DNA of 10,286 nucleotides from a virus (Duplodnaviria; Heunggongvirae; Uroviricota; Caudoviricetes): IMG/VR virus record IMGVR_UViG_2740892231_000002, positions 1 to 10,286 of that record; one strand, 5' to 3'. Shown piece by piece: positions 6,449 to 10,286 of this stretch (position 1 is its first letter; each line of letters starts with the position of its first letter). The notes under the pieces were generated by a model. It saw only the letters and a program-made list of their open reading frames with translations, ran no database searches and was not told where the DNA came from. The position numbers and the translations under genes were made by a program.

Positions 6449-7122
6449 GCAAGATTGACTATCAGGCATTGCGTGCTAAGGCAGAAAAAGCAACGTGTGG
6501 CGAGTGGTCGCTCGAATATGGAGAGGGACGATTTGATGGTGATGATGCGCTAATTCATCGTGAAGTTGCTGGATATATTCCCATTTGCAGAATTGAAGGA
6601 GCGCATCCTGAAAGCGGTTTCGATGAAGATTTCCAAATGGAACAGCAGGCCAATGCTGAATTCATCGCCGCAGCCAATCCAGCTACCGTGCTGGCGCTGC
6701 TGGATGAACGGGAAAGAAACCAGCAATACATCAAACGCCGCGACCAGGAGAACGAGGATATTGCGCTAACGGTAGGGAAGCTGCGTGTTGAGCTGGAAGC
6801 AGCAGAGAAGCGGATTGCTGAGCTGCAGGCGCGGGACGTTAAGCCAGTTGCATGGATGAGGAATGCTAACGTCACATCATTCATGTCGAGGTTCACAACC
6901 GATGAGAAATATGCAGTTGAGCAATGGGGTGATGATGCAGTTGCCCTCTATCCACTCCCTGTAGCTTTCATCCCTGCCTGCTTTACAGACGAAAGAAATC
7001 TCATGCATATCAACGAGCGCGGGCGAGAAACGTCACTTATCTGGAGTAAGCAGAACTCAGACAGCGGCGACATTAAACTTTTTCGTATCGCCGCCGCAGC
7101 CGGTAAAGGAGAGGAATCATGA
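6445..7122 (+). CDS. Ead/Ea22-like family protein (paralog 2)
   Basis: GTG start at 6445 overlapping the upstream stop (GTGA), with AGGAGG 6 nt upstream. Motifs IDYQALRAKAEKATCGEW and NAEFIAAANPATVLALLDERE. Confidence 0.7.
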   Translation: MSKIDYQALRAKAEKATCGEWSLEYGEGRFDGDDALIHREVAGYIPICRIEGAHPESGFDEDFQMEQQANAEFIAAANPATVLALLDERERNQQYIKRRDQENEDIALTVGKLRVELEAAEKRIAELQARDVKPVAWMRNANVTSFMSRFTTDEKYAVEQWGDDAVALYPLPVAFIPACFTDERNLMHINERGRETSLIWSKQNSDSGDIKLFRIAAAAGKGEES

Positions 7123-7649
7123 GCACTATCACAAGAGAATGGCTGCAGCAGGCTATCAACGATTATGAAAGCGTTCGTGATGAGCTTCCTTTCGGGCTTG
7201 ATGATTACCAGGGGAATATCCTGGCTTCCCTGCGTATCGCACTGGCATCTCTGGAAGCAGAGCCGGTGGCGTGGAAGGTAACATTCACGCAAATTGACCG
7301 TGAATATAACACGTTCACTGGTATGTATTCTGACAAAGCAGAAGTCGAACGGTGGGTGCGGCTGCATAAAGCATGTAATTTTCGGGCAGATATAACACCG
7401 CTTTATACCGCCAAGCCAGTGCCGGTAACTCCGGATGGTTGGATAAGCTGTAGTGAGCGAATGCCGGATACCAAAACAGCCGTTCTTGTTGCCAGGGAGT
7501 TTGACAGGAAAGGTGACTGGCGAATGAAATGGGCGACTTACATCCCGGGGCATCCTGACGCTAATGATGGGTGGGTAGTACCTGGTGCGTCGTGGATACC
7601 ATCACACTGGATGCCGCTACCAGAACCGCCGCAGGAGGTGCGCCAATGA
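7119..7649 (+). CDS. DUF551 domain phage protein, 176 aa
   Basis: ATG at 7119 overlaps the upstream stop (ATGA). The C-terminal WISCSERMPD...WMPLPEPP segment is typical of DUF551. Confidence 0.75.
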   Translation: MSTITREWLQQAINDYESVRDELPFGLDDYQGNILASLRIALASLEAEPVAWKVTFTQIDREYNTFTGMYSDKAEVERWVRLHKACNFRADITPLYTAKPVPVTPDGWISCSERMPDTKTAVLVAREFDRKGDWRMKWATYIPGHPDANDGWVVPGASWIPSHWMPLPEPPQEVRQ

Positions 7650-7729
7650 GCTGGCCTGAGGCCTTCTCAAATGTTGGTATTGCAATGGCGGTGGCGCTGG
7701 TGGTGTATTCGATTTGCCGCTGGGGATAA
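7646..7729 (+). CDS. Candidate 27-aa hydrophobic micro-protein (MSWPEAFSNVGIAMAVALVVYSICRWG)
   Basis: ATG at 7646 overlaps the DUF551 stop (ATGA) and has AGGAGG 7 nt upstream. The translation has one predicted hydrophobic helix and stops at TAA 7727-7729, just before the terminator. It is below the ORF-track length cutoff. Confidence 0.4.
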   Translation: MSWPEAFSNVGIAMAVALVVYSICRWG

Positions 7730-7742
7730 ATCGCCGAAAAAA

Positions 7743-7778
7743 GATCCCGCCACAAACATGAGCCGGGATCTTTGATTT
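7743..7778. terminator. Bidirectional intrinsic terminator
   Basis: Stem GATCCCG (7743-7749) pairs with CGGGATC (7764-7770) around a 14-nt loop, followed by TTTGATTT on the + strand and preceded by AAAAAA (7735-7740), which gives a U-tract for the minus strand. It lies between convergent operons. Confidence 0.6.
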
Positions 7779-7851
7779 ATATAGCCTACGAATCCGCAGT
7801 AAGAGAGGGGCAGACGGTTTATTCTAACACCGGAATGATGTGGGTAAAAGT

Positions 7852-8151
7852 TTATAAGAAATCGGTTTCATAACTTTGCCCACCATGATAGATACCGACA
7901 ATAAAGACTTTTCTGCCATCAACGGCAAAAGCAATAATCGTTCTGTGGCGGAAATGAGTTACCCGCATCCCCTGGCGAATATCATCGCGTTTATTGCCCC
8001 GATGCGGGAATGTAGAAAACCCATCAAGATAATCAAGAAGCGCATTGGCATAATTGTCAGCAATGATGTTCCCTGCTTTCTCCGTTATATATCTGTGCAG
8101 GTTGATTATTTGTTGTTCGGCCTCAGGAGTAATGATGACTTCATATGTCAT
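7852..8151 (-). CDS. parE: ParE/RelE-family type II toxin, 99 aa
   Basis: Six-frame ORF whose translation (MTYEVIITPEAEQQIINLHRYI...RKVFIVGIYHGGQSYETDFL) has the ParE/RelE toxin layout. It starts 5 nt after the antitoxin stop. Confidence 0.8.
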   Translation of the reverse strand: MTYEVIITPEAEQQIINLHRYITEKAGNIIADNYANALLDYLDGFSTFPHRGNKRDDIRQGMRVTHFRHRTIIAFAVDGRKVFIVGIYHGGQSYETDFL

Positions 8152-8156
8152 GCAGA

Positions 8157-8414
8157 TTACTTCCCGGATCGAATCGCGACGCGAACCTGTGAAATGGAGC
8201 GTCCGTTGTTTGGGTTTTCGCGGATAGAATCAAGAGAGGGGGCGGCTGAATGCGTTAACCACGCTTCGATTGCTTTATCGCGCTCATTCAGTGCGCGAAG
8301 CCCTTCACGAATGACCTCGCTTTCTGAAGCATAGGCGCCGGAAGCCACACGGGCGCGCACCATGTCAGCCATCTCGTTAGTTAATGTAATGCTGAATTGT
8401 TGGGTTGTACGCAT
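8157..8414 (-). CDS. parD: ParD-like ribbon-helix-helix antitoxin, 85 aa
   Basis: Within ORF 8157..8477 the likely start is the ATG at 8414 (MRTTQQFSITLTNEMADMVRARVASGAYASESEVIREGLRALNERDKAIEAWL), with GAGG about 7 nt upstream. Typical ParD/CopG-like sequence. Confidence 0.8.
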   Translation of the reverse strand: MRTTQQFSITLTNEMADMVRARVASGAYASESEVIREGLRALNERDKAIEAWLTHSAAPSLDSIRENPNNGRSISQVRVAIRSGK

Positions 8415-8549
8415 GGTAAACCTCACGGAGTAGGATAGAACACTATTCGATGATAGCACGCTGCCTGTTGACGACAACAGAAATCAGAGACAATATTGCC
8501 GCACGCCAGCCTGAACAACTGGCACCTGCTGCGCCAGCAGAGACAACCG
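8415..8549. promoter_or_regulatory. Divergent intergenic region: ParDE promoter (minus) and candidate rightward promoter TTGACG / AATATT (plus)
   Basis: TTGACG at 8468-8473 with about 17-18 bp to CAATATT. An imperfect palindrome CTATTCGATGATAG lies next to the antitoxin start and could be an autoregulatory operator. Confidence 0.3.
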
Positions 8550-8828
8550 ATGGCGCAAGATACCAAATTACACAATTCGGATAACTCCGCCGCCCCTGCC
8601 AGCAGGCACGGGCGGCGTTCTCATGCATTCAAATCTGACTGGTTCCAGCATGACCCATGCACTGAAGAACAGGCCGAATGGCTGATCCAGTGCTACCGCA
8701 GACGTGGTTACGAGTTTCAGAAAGATCTCAGCTTCGATCGTCGTCACTGGATAATCTCCGTCAGGCTCCCTTATTCCGAACGCCCACCGCGTCCGTCCCG
8801 CACATTCCAGCAGCGTATCTGGAGGTAA
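8550..8828 (+). CDS. Hypothetical phage protein, about 92 aa
   Basis: Open frame 8496..8828 with an internal ATG at 8550. Its stop (TAA 8826-8828) is followed 1 nt later by the GTG start of the DUF968 gene, with GGAGG placed for that gene. I do not recognise the family, and antisense ORFs overlap it. Confidence 0.4.
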   Translation: MAQDTKLHNSDNSAAPASRHGRRSHAFKSDWFQHDPCTEEQAEWLIQCYRRRGYEFQKDLSFDRRHWIISVRLPYSERPPRPSRTFQQRIWR

Positions 8829-8829
8829 C

Positions 8830-9888
8830 GTGCGGGTATTACTTCGACCTGTTCTGGTACCGGAACTCGGGATGGTGCTCCTTAAGCCGGGCCGTGAATC
8901 AATGTCAGCATTCCATAACGGCAGAATATTGGTGGAACCGGAACCGAAAAACATGCGCGGTCTGCCGTCCGGAGTCGTTCCTGCCGTTCGCCAGCCGCTG
9001 GCAGAGGATAAAACATTACTGCCATTTTTCAGCGATGAGCGGGTTATTCGTGCAGCAGGTGGTGCAGGTGCACTGTCTGACTGGTTATTACGTCACGTGA
9101 AATCCTGCCAGTGGCCACACGGTGATTATCATCACAGCGAAACCGTCATTCACCGTTACGGTACCGGCGCGATGGTGTTGTGCTGGCACTGTGACAACCA
9201 GCTGCGCGACCAGACATCAGAATCACTCGATCAACTTGCTCAGCAGAATCTGGTTGCCTGGATGATTGACGTCATCCGTCACGCAATAAGCAGTACGCAG
9301 GAGAGGGAGTTATCGCTGGCCGAATTATCCTGGTGGGCGGTCTGCAATCAGGTGGTGGATGCACTACCTGAGGCAGTAGTGCGTCGTTCGCTGGGATTAC
9401 CAGCGGAAAAAATCCGCTCCGTATACCGTGAGAGCGACATCATACCGGGAGAGCAGGCCGCCACCAGCATACTGAAGCAGCGCACAAAAAATATTGCGCT
9501 GCCACTTCACGTCCACCAGCAACAAAATCCCCCCCAGGAAAAGACGTTAGTAAGCATCGCCGTTGATCCGGAGTCTCCGGCTCAGTACCTCCAGCGCCAG
9601 AAACCACAACGGGAAGAGATGCCTGTATACACGCGCTGGGTAAAAACGCAGAAATGCATGACGTGTGGCAATCAGGCAGATGATCCGCATCACATCATTG
9701 GTCATGGACTGGGAGGTATGGGAACAAAGGCTGACGATTTGTTTGTTATTCCGTTATGCCGTAAATGCCATAACGAACTACACGCCGGGGTAAAAGATTT
9801 TGAAGAGAAACACGGCAGTCAGCTGTTGTTGCTGATTCGTTTTTTAATGCACGCGAGAAATTCGGGTGTTCTGAAGTGGAAAGCATAA
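8830..9888 (+). CDS. ydfU: DUF968 domain protein (YdfU-like) with C-terminal HNH-like Cys/His motif, 352 aa
   Basis: GTG start at 8830 with GGAGG at 8821-8825. The long ORF matches my recollection of Qin-prophage YdfU/DUF968. The C-terminus carries CMTCGNQADDPHH...CRKCHNELH. The stop TAA at 9886-9888 abuts the rusA ATG. Confidence 0.8.
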   Translation: MRVLLRPVLVPELGMVLLKPGRESMSAFHNGRILVEPEPKNMRGLPSGVVPAVRQPLAEDKTLLPFFSDERVIRAAGGAGALSDWLLRHVKSCQWPHGDYHHSETVIHRYGTGAMVLCWHCDNQLRDQTSESLDQLAQQNLVAWMIDVIRHAISSTQERELSLAELSWWAVCNQVVDALPEAVVRRSLGLPAEKIRSVYRESDIIPGEQAATSILKQRTKNIALPLHVHQQQNPPQEKTLVSIAVDPESPAQYLQRQKPQREEMPVYTRWVKTQKCMTCGNQADDPHHIIGHGLGGMGTKADDLFVIPLCRKCHNELHAGVKDFEEKHGSQLLLLIRFLMHARNSGVLKWKA

Positions 9889-10269
9889 ATGACCGAGCGC
9901 ATAGAATTTGTTTTGCCTTACCCGCCGACGGTGAACACTTACTGGCGACGCCGTGGCAGCACATATTTTATATCGGAGGAGGGAAAGCGCTATCTCCGGG
10001 CAGTGGCGCTTATTGTTCGCCAGCAGCGGCTGAAATTAAGCCTGTCCGGACGGCTGGCAATAAAAATTATTGCAGAGCCACCGGATAAGCGTCGTCGTGA
10101 CCTGGACAATATTCTGAAAGCACCGCTGGATGCGCTGACGCATGCGGGAGTGCTTATTGATGACGAGCAGTTTGATGAAATCAATATTGTACGTGGCAAG
10201 CCAGTATCTGGTGGACGGCTGGGGGTGAAGATTTACCCCATAATGCTTGAAGGGCAGGTCAAAAAATGA
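9889..10269 (+). CDS. rusA: RusA Holliday-junction resolvase (crossover junction endodeoxyribonuclease), 126 aa
   Basis: Translation MTERIEFVLPYPPTVNTYWRRRG...PPDKRRRDLDNILKAPLDALTHAGVLIDDEQ matches the RusA family, including the DKRRRDLDN catalytic region. Confidence 0.9.
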   Translation: MTERIEFVLPYPPTVNTYWRRRGSTYFISEEGKRYLRAVALIVRQQRLKLSLSGRLAIKIIAEPPDKRRRDLDNILKAPLDALTHAGVLIDDEQFDEINIVRGKPVSGGRLGVKIYPIMLEGQVKK

Positions 10270-10286
10270 AACTGGAAGATTTACCG
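10266..10286 (+). CDS. 5' end of the next gene (MKLEDLP...), truncated by the window edge
   Basis: ATG at 10266 overlaps the rusA stop (ATGA). Only 7 codons are visible, so identity is unknown. Confidence 0.3.

Noticed and set aside
5902-7553. Minus-strand ORFs 5902..6135, 5909..6469, 6555..6896 and 6948..7553, and plus-strand alternate-frame ORFs 6114..6296 and 6560..6769
   Set aside because: They lie opposite or out of frame to the Ea22-like and DUF551 genes, which have start signals and family motifs; these ORFs show neither.
7876-8334. Plus-strand ORF 7876..8334 (152 aa)
   Set aside because: It is antisense to the ParD/ParE pair, which has clear family features and start signals.
8443-9100. 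ORFs 8443..8628 (-), 8568..8954 (-) and 8678..9100 (+)
   Set aside because: They overlap the start of the well-supported DUF968 gene or are antisense to the coupled upstream ORF, and their translations are low-complexity.
9746-10199. ORFs 9746..9964 (-), 9876..10088 (+) and 9990..10199 (-)
   Set aside because: They are alternate-frame or antisense to DUF968 and rusA, both of which are confidently assigned.

Overview
This window reads as the immunity, replication and early accessory region of a lambdoid (Rac/Qin-like) enterobacterial prophage; all family assignments are from reading the translations against remembered families, with no database search run. Left to right: a minus-strand block of a DicA-like repressor plus a three-component PaaR-PaaA-ParE toxin-antitoxin module; a divergent promoter region; Cro-like (YdaS-type) and YdaT (CII-analogue) genes; an iteron-containing O-like replication gene with a DnaT-like C-terminus and a lambda-P-like helicase-loader gene; a translationally coupled accessory operon (DUF1627, small HTH-like protein, DUF4406, two Ea22-like paralogs, DUF551, a 27-aa hydrophobic micro-ORF); a bidirectional terminator; an opposite-strand ParD/ParE pair; then a hypothetical gene, DUF968 (YdfU-like) and RusA. 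The replication gene is broken by three 10-N runs, each flanked by near-identical direct duplications, which I read as assembly artefacts. No CRISPR array, tRNA or rRNA is visible. I found no clearly novel system; the most interesting candidates are the paralogous regulator pair beside the toxin module, the toxin-antitoxin insertion between operons, and the unannotated micro-ORF.
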